In this document: positions 49,747-59,525 of the stretch, piece after piece
Layout: the number at the start of each line of letters is the position of its first letter
Position numbering within the stretch: the stretch's first letter is position 1
Assembly: GCA_964473105.1 (NCBI GenBank)
Contig: CAYYNQ010000048.1
Span: 97,709 to 161,708 of the forward strand
DNA from: an uncultured Candidatus Sumerlaeota bacterium
Lineage (GTDB): Bacteria; Sumerlaeota; Sumerlaeia; MVZB01
Reading direction: 5' to 3'
DNA: 64,000 nt
Position numbers and translations under genes: made by a program
The notes under the pieces: generated by a model
Seen by the model: only the letters and a program-made list of their open reading frames with translations
What the model was told of the DNA's origin: nothing
The model's database searches: none

Positions 49747-50368
49747 GCCGACCTCTTGAACACCTTCGGAATCAGGTATCAGCCAGATCCACTCCGCTCC
49801 TGTGAATGGATTCCAATCTTCTTTGAAAACCCCCATGCAGGCTACGGGAAGAAGTGTCGCCAATATCGGGCAGGGGCCAGACATCGGCGACAATCCTTCC
49901 CTACCTGTCCACAAAATATTTACGGCATGACCCCATAACGGGGGCACCAAGATTGTGGACAGGGCGCCTACCTCACGGTTCCCGGTCCCTCAAAAGCCGG
50001 CCCTACGGCCTTCAACTTGGACCTGAGGGAGAACAATCGCGTATCAGCGGTCACATAGCCGGGCGATCCATATGAAAAAGAACGTATTTCAAAGGAACCT
50101 TACGGAAACGTCCGGTCTACACCTGATCATCAGCGGGAGGAGTCAACTGGACCAAATATACTGCCTCAACATACGAGCCTGATCAGGACCGACAACCGTG
50201 GAGTAAATTGTATGCCACGCTCGTTCGCGCGCGGCCTGAAAATCGTGTCCTGCCTCCCTTCCTAATCACATTTTATCCGGGGACAGATGAATTTTCCTGG
50301 AACAGTCGGAAAAATGCCCCTACTATCAAGGGACTTAGGTCGTAGATTTTACCTCTGTTCATCCACAC

Positions 50369-50827
50369 TCAATCCCCCGCTTCGGCCCGGCTAATCCAAC
50401 CCATCTGTTCACTCAGGTTCTGGAACCACTCCAGATGCCCGTGGTTATCGATACCGGATCGTTGCCTTCCGGAGTGCAGCGCATAACGCATGTAGGTTCT
50501 CCGGTCGAACTTTATGACCTGACGCCGGTCAGGAGCACAGGCTTCAAGTTTCAACTCATCGACGGCATAGTCATAAAGCCCGGAAGGATTCTGTAATGCC
50601 TCATTCTCATGACGTAATTCATTGATTGAGCTAAGTAGCAATTGCTGCTGGTCCTGAAGCGGCACCATCTCATTATTCATCCGCGTGATCTGAAACTGGA
50701 GATGGATATGGGCCATCCCAAACAAAAACATGCTGATGATCAACGAAGTGGTTCGGACAACCAGGCCAGGCGCCAGAAAAGCTTGTTTGGCCTGAGGATT
50801 TTGACGAACGGGTGATAACTTTGACAT
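50369..50827 (-). CDS. ftsL: Cell division protein FtsL-like (TM + coiled coil)
   Basis: Sits in the conserved dcw slot between rsmH and ftsI. It has a single TM (LIISMFLFGMAHI) followed by a leucine-rich coiled coil. The assignment is by position and architecture only. Confidence 0.55.
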   Translation of the reverse strand: MSKLSPVRQNPQAKQAFLAPGLVVRTTSLIISMFLFGMAHIHLQFQITRMNNEMVPLQDQQQLLLSSINELRHENEALQNPSGLYDYAVDELKLEACAPDRRQVIKFDRRTYMRYALHSGRQRSGIDNHGHLEWFQNLSEQMGWISRAEAGD

Positions 50828-50880
50828 CTGTCAGCCATCCTTGTTGTCAGCTGTTCATCCCCTGACCGGCGGGTTCAGGA

Positions 50881-51849
50881 TCATCCAGAAAACTTCACGA
50901 CCGCCCTCAACCGGGCGGAACGACTGCGCGGATTACGCTCAACTTCAACGGGGCCGGGCCGAACGACCTTTCGTGTCAGCAAACGAGCCGGGGGAGGCAC
51001 ATCAGGGTCCGGAAAAGGGCCAGGACTACGCAAAGGGGCCGTGATCTTCTTCATAAATTGTTTCACTCTCCGATCCTCCCCCGAATGAAACGAGATGACA
51101 GCCAACCTTCCACCTGGCCGGAGCGCCTCAAACGCATCCGGCAATACCCTCTCCAATGTCTCGTATTCCCGATTCACTTCAATTCTGAGGCTCATAAAGA
51201 CCCGGGTGGCTGGATGCGTGTTCGGAGGCCAGTGTCTCCGCGGTATTGCACCTGCCACGATTTCGCCCAATTGCTTGCCCGTCCTGATACGGCCGTCTAA
51301 ACGCGCCTCGATAATTTTCCTTGCAATACGCCGGCTCCAGCGCTCATCCGCATTCACATAAAATATCCCGGCAAGATCGTTTTCCGACCACTCGTTGACC
51401 ATTTTCTCGGCCGAAGGACCCACCTGCTCGGGATTGAGTTTCATGTCCAGTGCGATGTCACTATTCCAACTCAGGCCACGAGAAGGATCTAGAATTTGTG
51501 GTGTCGATGGCCCCAGATCGAGTAGGCATCCGTCTAGAAGGCCGTCATTAAGGTCGGCTAGTACGGTGGGAATTGCGACGGATAGATCAATATGATCGGA
51601 GGGTATCAGCGTGTATGAGGAGAGAGGGAAGCCGGCAGCCTCCAGGCGCTGCCTGGCTGCCGTCAGCATTTTCGGGTCCTTCTCCCACCCGATCAAGTGA
51701 CCATCGACACCAATCTTGTCAAGAATCCCGACTGCATGCCCCGCATGACCAAGGGTCAGGTCGGCGAAGACTTCGCCGAAGGCAGGAGCCAGAATCTTTA
51801 AAACCTCCTGTAGCAGGACAGGTTCATGAACAACCTGCTGTCCATTCAT
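50881..51849 (-). CDS. rsmH: 16S rRNA (cytosine1402-N4)-methyltransferase
   Basis: HEPVLLQEVL...DLTLGHAGH... SAM-MTase motifs. The start overlaps the mraZ stop. Confidence 0.9.
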   Translation of the reverse strand: MNGQQVVHEPVLLQEVLKILAPAFGEVFADLTLGHAGHAVGILDKIGVDGHLIGWEKDPKMLTAARQRLEAAGFPLSSYTLIPSDHIDLSVAIPTVLADLNDGLLDGCLLDLGPSTPQILDPSRGLSWNSDIALDMKLNPEQVGPSAEKMVNEWSENDLAGIFYVNADERWSRRIARKIIEARLDGRIRTGKQLGEIVAGAIPRRHWPPNTHPATRVFMSLRIEVNREYETLERVLPDAFEALRPGGRLAVISFHSGEDRRVKQFMKKITAPLRSPGPFPDPDVPPPARLLTRKVVRPGPVEVERNPRSRSARLRAVVKFSG

Positions 51850-52589
51850 TTATTTTCCTGTTGCGGGGTTCCCATTTGACTGAAACCGGGTGCAACCGGC
51901 GGAGTCGCCGGGCCAAATCCCTCCTGGCCCGAAGTCGTCATCATGTTCTGGGATGGCTGCGTAATAGTAGGCTGCACAGGCACCATCGGCATCATCATCG
52001 GCATCATCATCGGCTGAGCCGAATAACCACCCCATCCGCCCGGAAACTGACCCTGCGATGACTGTCGGGGTGTCCTTGCACCCGAATCCACAACTGGTTG
52101 TCCATCCGGCTGTTGAATCGGTGCTGCCCCGGCCGTTGCTTCCGTCTGCTGTTGCTGCTGACTCAGGCTGAACGCATTATTCAAGGCCTGATAATAGACT
52201 TGCTCATTATAAATCCGCATGTGGTCCATGCATCCGGAGACAACAACCTGCGTCTGTAACTCAATGCCACACAAATCCATCATCATCTGGTTCAACTTGA
52301 AACGATTCTGATTATCGAGCGCCATCGTATCCGCAATTGAGGTATTCATATTACGAACCATCATCTCGTAGGCGTTATGCTCGTCCATCCGGCTCCAGCG
52401 CTCGATCTCTTCCAGAAAATAGGGATAGGGCATAACCTTGATGGACCGGTCCGGAGTGATCATGACACCGACTGAATCGACCTGCTCCGGACACAGTTCT
52501 CGTAGGATACTCTTGTATTTTGAAGGCAAACCGACACGCCCCTTGCCGTCTACCTGCATCCTGAAGCTACCCATAAAGACTTGAGCCAT
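51846..52589 (-). CDS. mraZ: Transcriptional regulator MraZ with ~100-aa Q/P/M-rich low-complexity C-terminal extension
   Basis: The N-terminal ~150 aa hold the two MraZ DXXXR-type repeats (FRMQVDGKGRVGLPSKY...; NRFKLNQMMMDLCGI...). Residues ~150-247 are low-complexity (SQQQQQTEATAGAAPIQQP...MMMPMMMPMVPVQP...). Confidence 0.8.
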   Translation of the reverse strand: MAQVFMGSFRMQVDGKGRVGLPSKYKSILRELCPEQVDSVGVMITPDRSIKVMPYPYFLEEIERWSRMDEHNAYEMMVRNMNTSIADTMALDNQNRFKLNQMMMDLCGIELQTQVVVSGCMDHMRIYNEQVYYQALNNAFSLSQQQQQTEATAGAAPIQQPDGQPVVDSGARTPRQSSQGQFPGGWGGYSAQPMMMPMMMPMVPVQPTITQPSQNMMTTSGQEGFGPATPPVAPGFSQMGTPQQENK

Positions 52590-52809
52590 GACCTAGACCT
52601 TCCAAAAGAAGCGAATTATGAGACAAGTCTCCCCGTACCCTAGCCCTTAATCACCACCGAAAACCCCTTTTACACCACATATAGGGAAAATCAGGTTTAA
52701 GTAAACACCTTACTCCACAATTATGTCAAGAACTAAATTTACTCATTACAGTGCGTTAACCCCCGATATGAGTTGAGTAGAGCAGAAAACTGTAAAATAT
52801 TATAAGATT

Positions 52810-52827
52810 TATAATATCAATATTATA
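52810..52827. repeat. AT-rich inverted repeats (TATAATAT-CA-ATATTATA and overlapping ATATTATA-N6-TATAATAT) upstream of mraZ
   Basis: Seen in the sequence ~220-240 nt upstream of the mraZ start, in the dcw promoter region. Confidence 0.3.
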
Positions 52828-53024
52828 TAAATTTCTGTGGGAGGAGATTATTTAGGAAATCAACCTTTCAAGATCTCCGGGGATTCGCTCAATTAATCCG
52901 CTACATGTATAAAATCCGCCCGGGGGCGAGGGAGGGGTGATGAAGCCGGGCATGACAGATTCATCTCCATCATCAACCACAGGACGGCGAGGATATACGC
53001 AAACCGTGCGAAGGGGCTTATTTA

Positions 53025-56000
53025 TTATTGACCGATATCAACCGCTGAATCCAATGGATCGAACAGACCGTTGCCGTTGATATCGATCAAGATCGGCACA
53101 GTCCAGGCGAGTGGATAAATTGGCCGGGATCGGTGTAGAGGATGCAGCATGTCATGAATCGGCTTATTCCCGTAGGTCGAAACGCCAAGCAACGTATCCT
53201 TGAAGTCGACGATCTTGAAAGCCCTGAGGCTTTGCACATCATATTGAGCCATAGATTTTTCCGGATTCGGATAGCGTTGGCTGAACTCGATCCCGGGGTA
53301 AGACATGAGACCCGCTTGGAGTTTACCCTCCTTCTCGTAGACAAAGTGGTTCAAGACCACCCAGTTCGGCGCGGTAATCCTCAGGCGAGTGGGCAAGCTC
53401 AAATCGAGGGGGACATGCCCACCCACATTGATCTCGCCGACACTGAAATCGATAAATGGCCCGTTCGTGATCTGGATCTTCATCCCCTTGATTGCAGTAA
53501 TCAACTCAGCGGGTGTAATCCGGCTCAGATCGTCCTTGCCAACGTAAACGAGCATACGCGGATATCCGGGTTCAGAACCAAATACGGTCTGACCCGTAGG
53601 CACGATCCCCGGAATATATGACCTGCCATCAATCCAGTTGTAAAACCAGAATCCCTGAATTTCCTTGAGTTCATTGACTCCTCTGCTCCGCATCAGCGCA
53701 ACGGCATCAATGGTGGGATCTACCCCATCCGCCGTGGTATAACCAACACGGTAGGGATTCCCGTCACCACGTGAAAAGTAGCCCTTTCCAGTGTGGGTAT
53801 AGGGCAGATCAGACTGAATGATTGCGCCGGGATACTGGCCACGTAATGCTGCAATAAACTCCTCCGAGGATTCTGTGTTGATCCAGTGATTGCGTGCTTT
53901 CAAAGGATCCTTTGCATGAGGACCGATCGGATAAAGAAAAAACTGCCCCCATTCCACGAATTTCGGGTGGGCCGTCCGAAAACCCATTATACTGCGAACC
54001 TGGCCCTCGAGCCCGAGTCCCCTGATGACAGGAGACAGGTCGGTCAGCGTCTCAAAATCCCCAGTGATTACCCAGTCAACCCCTTCAGCTGCCGCCATCA
54101 AAACAATATCCTCTGCGCCAACCATATTCCCAGGTGTTGCCACGGTTCTAACCCCAGCTTCAACAGAGGTCCAGCCCGGTGTCGGGTTGCTCTGCGCAAG
54201 GGGGACAGTAATTCTTTTCTTTTCACGGCTTTCAATGTGGATATCTAGGACAGTTCGGTCATATTCAATCCCATGGTAGACCTCCAAGGTCCAGTCACCC
54301 GGAATCAGGGGAATTGATCTTCCCCCGACGGGAATATAGGCCATGTCAAAATAACCGGCAGCACTTCGGGGCGGGCCGAAATTAAGTGGCGGGGTCGGAT
54401 ATATCGATTTTATCCTCACCCGGGCTGCGAGAGGTGCACTTGTCTCTTCGTCAACAACCTTAACTTCAAGGGAAGCTTCCTCCTCCACCTCGATCCTGAT
54501 TTTGGCATTTCTGTAGTGGAGCAAATCGCGTGAATCCATCCTGATTCCGCGGAAGGCCTTTTTGCTTTCGATCACCGAGCGGTGTCGGATCACGTAAACG
54601 TCACGGGGTAAAAGCATCTGAAAAAAGCCTTCCGAATCAGCCCGAGCATACATTCTGGTACTCAAGGGCATTCCGGGCCTGGTGAGGTAATTCGCCTCGA
54701 TGATACCGTTCGGAACCGGTCTCCCATCCTCCTCAAAAACCAATTCCCCCTTAAGGGTTCCGTAGTCAATACCTCGGTCCCTGAGGATGTTTGCATAGGC
54801 ATCCCCATAATAGCCCTGAGTGACCCACATATCGCGGCTCAGGATTCTGGAACCTTGAGTATCGATCAAACCAAGATCTTCTATGAAGACTCGGGCTTCC
54901 TGGGCCTCAGACCTACGGGGTAACCGCGTGACGACATGTGAAACCCCCGTGCGTTTCGTCCTTGGATCCCGAACCAGAACATGGGAAATTTCTGTCATGG
55001 TCGTGCCGGGATCATTCGTGAGGACATGAAGGATATTCGCGCCATCTGCAGCGCCGGGATCCTGCATCACAACATGGGAAGTACGTGTCGAGGAGGTTCC
55101 GATGTCGTGCCTGAAAACATTTGTTCCCGACAACGCCTCAGTCGTGCCGTCATCATTCACTAGCCAATGAGATATGTGCGTTTCGGTCGTTGCGGTATCG
55201 TCCAATAAAACACGGGTCTGGGACGGAAAGCCCCGTAACCGCCCAGTCACCTTACCAGCGAGCGGCGCAACGGCAATTGTCATCTTCCCCCAATTGCAGA
55301 AAAGGTGTTCAAGGTCGTGATTTTTCGTGGTCCGGCTAGTGATGATATCATCCCCGCCCACGTAGAGCCTGCCGTCACCCCAAAACGCCACATCACAGAC
55401 TGGCGGAATCTCCAAGCCATCTGGTAAATCCAGGAATCTGGTTTCAATCCTGACGCGCTCGCTGTTCTCGCGGATCCAGTATGTCGTTTCAATCCGGATA
55501 AATCCATGATCGAAGGGCGATCCGCCAAAACGAAGGCCCACGGACTTTTCATCGGTAACGATATCGATTTCATCATATTCGATTACGATATCATCGGAAC
55601 TTGTTCCGATACCCTGGGTGTAGTAACCGAGCATATCGAGCGGATAACCATCAAGGCTGACATCAATCAATGCACCGGGAATCCGGTCGCCCGCCCGCAA
55701 CAGGTCCATTTCACCAGACAGCGGGGTGGATGTTGTCGATGGCCTGTTCTCAATCGATGCAAAGGTAAGACGGATCTGCCCGTTCGAAAGCCTCCAGTCA
55801 CCAGCTTGTCCCATTGCATATGGGCCTGCATCCGGGGCAAAAATCCAAGGCAGCTGCTCAGCAACGGCCTTCCCGACCTCAACCCGTGGCAGGTCGGGCT
55901 GGTTTTTTCTGGAATCCCGCACCGCCGGTGGTTCTGAGATACCTGAACTCCCCGATGGAACGGTCGCCATACAGGGACTGACAGGTATCATCCAAGCCAC

Positions 56001-56045
56001 AAACAGAAGGATGGCCTGCAGCACAGGGCTGCATTCTGATACCAT
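53025..56045 (-). CDS. Large secreted protein (~1000 aa) with internal SHV(L/V)xxDPGT-type repeats, unknown function
   Basis: The ATG at 56045 (GAGG RBS) gives a signal peptide MVSECSPVLQAILLFVAWMIPVSPCMA. About four degenerate ~20-aa repeats occur near aa 300-390 (ISHWLVNDDGTT / SHVVMQDPGAADG / ILHVLTNDPGTT / ISHVLVRDPRT / VSHVVTRLP). The large C-terminal region is beta-rich. The track ORF extends to TTG 56108. Confidence 0.65.
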   Translation of the reverse strand: MVSECSPVLQAILLFVAWMIPVSPCMATVPSGSSGISEPPAVRDSRKNQPDLPRVEVGKAVAEQLPWIFAPDAGPYAMGQAGDWRLSNGQIRLTFASIENRPSTTSTPLSGEMDLLRAGDRIPGALIDVSLDGYPLDMLGYYTQGIGTSSDDIVIEYDEIDIVTDEKSVGLRFGGSPFDHGFIRIETTYWIRENSERVRIETRFLDLPDGLEIPPVCDVAFWGDGRLYVGGDDIITSRTTKNHDLEHLFCNWGKMTIAVAPLAGKVTGRLRGFPSQTRVLLDDTATTETHISHWLVNDDGTTEALSGTNVFRHDIGTSSTRTSHVVMQDPGAADGANILHVLTNDPGTTMTEISHVLVRDPRTKRTGVSHVVTRLPRRSEAQEARVFIEDLGLIDTQGSRILSRDMWVTQGYYGDAYANILRDRGIDYGTLKGELVFEEDGRPVPNGIIEANYLTRPGMPLSTRMYARADSEGFFQMLLPRDVYVIRHRSVIESKKAFRGIRMDSRDLLHYRNAKIRIEVEEEASLEVKVVDEETSAPLAARVRIKSIYPTPPLNFGPPRSAAGYFDMAYIPVGGRSIPLIPGDWTLEVYHGIEYDRTVLDIHIESREKKRITVPLAQSNPTPGWTSVEAGVRTVATPGNMVGAEDIVLMAAAEGVDWVITGDFETLTDLSPVIRGLGLEGQVRSIMGFRTAHPKFVEWGQFFLYPIGPHAKDPLKARNHWINTESSEEFIAALRGQYPGAIIQSDLPYTHTGKGYFSRGDGNPYRVGYTTADGVDPTIDAVALMRSRGVNELKEIQGFWFYNWIDGRSYIPGIVPTGQTVFGSEPGYPRMLVYVGKDDLSRITPAELITAIKGMKIQITNGPFIDFSVGEINVGGHVPLDLSLPTRLRITAPNWVVLNHFVYEKEGKLQAGLMSYPGIEFSQRYPNPEKSMAQYDVQSLRAFKIVDFKDTLLGVSTYGNKPIHDMLHPLHRSRPIYPLAWTVPILIDINGNGLFDPLDSAVDIGQ

Positions 56046-57410
56046 CAGACCTCGAAATACAGAAACGGTGGAACCAACAACCTTGCTGGGGAAATCAAAA
56101 GGAATCAAAATCTACGCACCTCCAAACACCCGGAATCCATGGGCAGTCTGCCATTCTCCCCGAATCTTGAGCAAATTCCAGACCCAATCTACGATTCCCT
56201 TAATGTATTCCGGTTGGATGGGAACCATTTTTTATACAAGATCCTGCTCATATAGCTGAAATAATGTGGCTTATATCCGTTTTCAGGCTTGTATGGGCAA
56301 CCTCAACCTGAACGCGGCCCGTTAGAATGCAAAATACCTATGGCTTAATATCAACCGGATTGCACGACAAAATAACACGGGTATTACAAGCAAAAAAGTC
56401 GTCGACACGACTCATCGGAGAAACCGAATTACACGCTCTTTGACTCGATGGTCAAAATCAGAACGGGATGAATTAACAGGATGGTTGATCCGGAAAATTT
56501 CCGGAGTTCCAAGATATAACTTCGCTTCACCAAACAGCCTGTGGCAAAGGCAACCATGGGGCCTGCTTTTCGGTGTTGTTTTCCGCCAGTTACGAATCAG
56601 GCCGGAACCACCACCTGAGTCGACTCCCTCATCATAATCTTGGAACCACGCTCCAGACTGACAGCCTGAATCCAGGCATCGTGCAGTATTACAAGGATCC
56701 CTTCACACGATTCGAGGGCACTGAGATCGCCGCTGGCCCCCGCCTGTGCCAAGGCCCCAATGAGATAGTTGTATATCCCACCGAACCGGACTGCAAGACG
56801 ATGCTGAGCAACTGAGTCGTAGTTCAACGAACCGGAAAGCTCAATCAAGGATACTGACGGCCTTGTCGATTGATAAAAGCGCCTCTTCCTGTCGCTCATT
56901 CGCCAGCAATTTCATTACGTCGTGAATATGTCCAATCGCCCCCTCGCAAAGATAAGCGGTCACTTCTTGCTGCGTCGCTGTCATAATCTCGGTCAGCATC
57001 TGGGAATTTAGCAATTGAGAAGACATGACCCCATCCCCCTTGTTGATCTTGCACTGATTTTTTGGATTTGCCCCGCCCGATGGGGCAGGCATTCAAACCC
57101 AAGGAACCCAGTGCAAGAAATGGATATGCCGAAATCTGGAGGCTTGTGGGTTTCGGGCCAATGGAGTATCATCAAATTGTTTATTTAGAATGACCTGCAA
57201 AGAAATACCAAGGATATTTGAAAGGCCCGGACTGGGTTGTTGAATCTGATATATTGCCCGATTCCTGACGGTCTGAACCGTGCGTGCCCAGAGGAATACC
57301 GGAAATCCGTCATGCGCGATCATTTACTGGAACCCTGAATTGAAATGTAAATCCTATTTGATCGTCTGTTATAGTGTCGTGCCTAAACAATAAACGAAAC
57401 AGCCTTGGAC

Positions 57411-59315
57411 ATGCTTGCAGAACTCTATTTCAGAAATTCCGGCGTTGGAACTCTTGGTCATTCCAATGACAAGGAACAATGGATTCGATTTAACAACCCC
57501 TTGGAAATCTATTCCACGAACCGGCCTGATGAAGTCCCTCAGTTACTGGACAAGATCCGCGGCACAACGCTCGATGGATACTGGGCCGCTGGATTTATCG
57601 GTTATGAAGCCGCATCCGGACTTGACCCCGCTTTCAGGGCTCATCAAGGCATGGATGATATGCCGATTTTGTGGTTTGCAATTTTCGATCAACCGAAACC
57701 GGTCATTGAACCAAGGTCGACCCAAGGTGGCGACCCAGGTGTCGGCCGCCCTGAATTCGACACTTGGAAAGCATCGGTTACACGCGAAGAATACCACAAA
57801 CATGTTGGTCGGATTCGTGAATACATCGGCAAGGGAGACACCTATCAGGTTAACTACTGTTATCCCCTGAGCGCCGGGTTCAAGGGTGATCCACTCTCAG
57901 GTTTCATAGACCTCTACCGCGTGCAACCTACAGACTATGCGGCCTATCTGGATACAGGTCGACAATACATCCTTTCACTGTCACCGGAACTATTTTTTCA
58001 CCAAAATAACCATGATGTGATAACGCGTCCCATGAAGGGCACGGCACCGCGTGGCCGGTGGCTGGAGGAAGACGAGGAAAACATTCGCCGCCTGAAACTC
58101 AACCCCAAGGATCGTGCTGAGAACCTGATGATTGTCGACCTACTTCGCAATGACCTAGGCCGTATCGCCCTGACGGGCTCTGTCGAAGTAACATCCCTTT
58201 ATGAGATCGAAAAGTACAGGACGATTCTCCAAATGACCTCCAGCATTCAGGCAAGGACCGACTGCCACCCCGTAGACACATTGAAAGCCATGTTCCCAAG
58301 CGGCTCCGTGACCGGGGCGCCCAAGATTCGGACTATGGAGATTATCCTAGAACAGGAATCCGAACCACGCGGGGTTTATACCGGGGCTATCGGATGGTTC
58401 GGCCCGAATTCCCAGGCTCGATTCAATGTTGCGATCCGTACAATCACAATACAATACTCGGAAAGCTGCAGCAGCCCGAAGCAGGCCCTCTTTGGTGTCG
58501 GCAGTGGAATCACCTGGTATTCGAACCCAGCAGAGGAATTTGATGAAACATGTGCAAAGGCACGGATACTTTCCCGGCAACCGAAGGATATCAGCCTGCT
58601 GGAAACTATCCTTTGGGAGCCGAGACGGGGATACTTCCTGCTGGACCTGCACCTCGACAGGCTTTCCAATAGCGCCGCACTGCTTGATTTCAAGTTCAAT
58701 TACGGGGAAATTATCAGGCGGCTCCATGAAGCCAAGGAAAAATTTTCATCCCATGATATCAGGGTTCGCCTTATCTTGGATCGTGATGGCGGGCTCAAAC
58801 TAGAATGTTCGCCACTGACAGGAACGGTCGGATCTGCCTGCCCGGACGACGAAAGCCATCGGACCCTCCGTGTCGGCCTTGCAAAAACCCCTGTCGACAG
58901 GTGGAATCCGTTTCTATATCACAAGACAACAAACCGTGCAGACTACGACATGGCCTTGGACGAATGCAGGGGCCTTGACGATGCCATACTCTGGAACGAA
59001 AGAGGTGAAGTCACGGAGACCAGTCGTGCAAACCTGGTCGTCGACACAGACAACGGCTTGGTTACACCTGCAAGGGACTGCGGACTTTTAGCCGGGACAT
59101 TTCGTCATCACCTGCTAAAGGAGGGGACTATAGGCGAAGGGGTGATAGACATTAAAACGCTGATCTCGGCCCGCAGGTTCTGGCTTGTCAATTCAGTACG
59201 ACGGTGGGTGAGGGCTGAACTGATTGACCGGGCCGATACCTGGAAGGATCGGCATCAATCCGGCTCGTCGAAACCTAGCCAGGGAGCGAACGGCTGCCGT
59301 GTCCATGCTGTCTGA
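57411..59315 (+). CDS. pabB: Bifunctional aminodeoxychorismate synthase component I / aminodeoxychorismate lyase (PabB-PabC fusion)
   Basis: The N-terminal ~370 aa are a chorismate-binding domain (GDTYQVNYCYP, PELFF, MKGTAPRG, NLMIVDLLRNDLG, FPSGSVTGAPK, GVYTGAIGWF). The C-terminal ~260 aa are class IV aminotransferase/PabC-like (FLYHKTTNR, ILWNERGEVTETSRANL). Confidence 0.8.
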   Translation: MLAELYFRNSGVGTLGHSNDKEQWIRFNNPLEIYSTNRPDEVPQLLDKIRGTTLDGYWAAGFIGYEAASGLDPAFRAHQGMDDMPILWFAIFDQPKPVIEPRSTQGGDPGVGRPEFDTWKASVTREEYHKHVGRIREYIGKGDTYQVNYCYPLSAGFKGDPLSGFIDLYRVQPTDYAAYLDTGRQYILSLSPELFFHQNNHDVITRPMKGTAPRGRWLEEDEENIRRLKLNPKDRAENLMIVDLLRNDLGRIALTGSVEVTSLYEIEKYRTILQMTSSIQARTDCHPVDTLKAMFPSGSVTGAPKIRTMEIILEQESEPRGVYTGAIGWFGPNSQARFNVAIRTITIQYSESCSSPKQALFGVGSGITWYSNPAEEFDETCAKARILSRQPKDISLLETILWEPRRGYFLLDLHLDRLSNSAALLDFKFNYGEIIRRLHEAKEKFSSHDIRVRLILDRDGGLKLECSPLTGTVGSACPDDESHRTLRVGLAKTPVDRWNPFLYHKTTNRADYDMALDECRGLDDAILWNERGEVTETSRANLVVDTDNGLVTPARDCGLLAGTFRHHLLKEGTIGEGVIDIKTLISARRFWLVNSVRRWVRAELIDRADTWKDRHQSGSSKPSQGANGCRVHAV

Positions 59316-59525
59316 GATATCCCTCCCTGCACAACGATCCTGGAATTACAGGAGACCCTGTCTGGCATACATGAAGTCGCAACCACAAACCATTAACCTT
59401 TAGATCTCTGGAAATTTGTCCGCCGACATATCAACACGGGCGCCATCGACACAAATCACCTGCCCGCCCAGGCCTCTCAGAAATGGATAATGATCATCCG
59501 GCCTTATTGGGCGATCTCGCCGTTG

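Noticed and set aside
49747-49950. 68-codon N-terminal extension of ftsI given by the longest-ORF call (starts MVPPLWGHAV...)
   Set aside because: The extension has an odd composition and no TM or domain. A good ATG with an AAGAGG RBS at 49746 gives the canonical short cytoplasmic tail plus a TM.
56597-57092. Two overlapping minus-strand small ORFs (83 aa and 100 aa) as a toxin-antitoxin or anti-sigma pair
   Set aside because: Neither has recognisable motifs (no STAS, RHH or PIN signatures) or a convincing RBS. They overlap by ~58 nt in different frames. They are kept only as a note inside the finding on that region.
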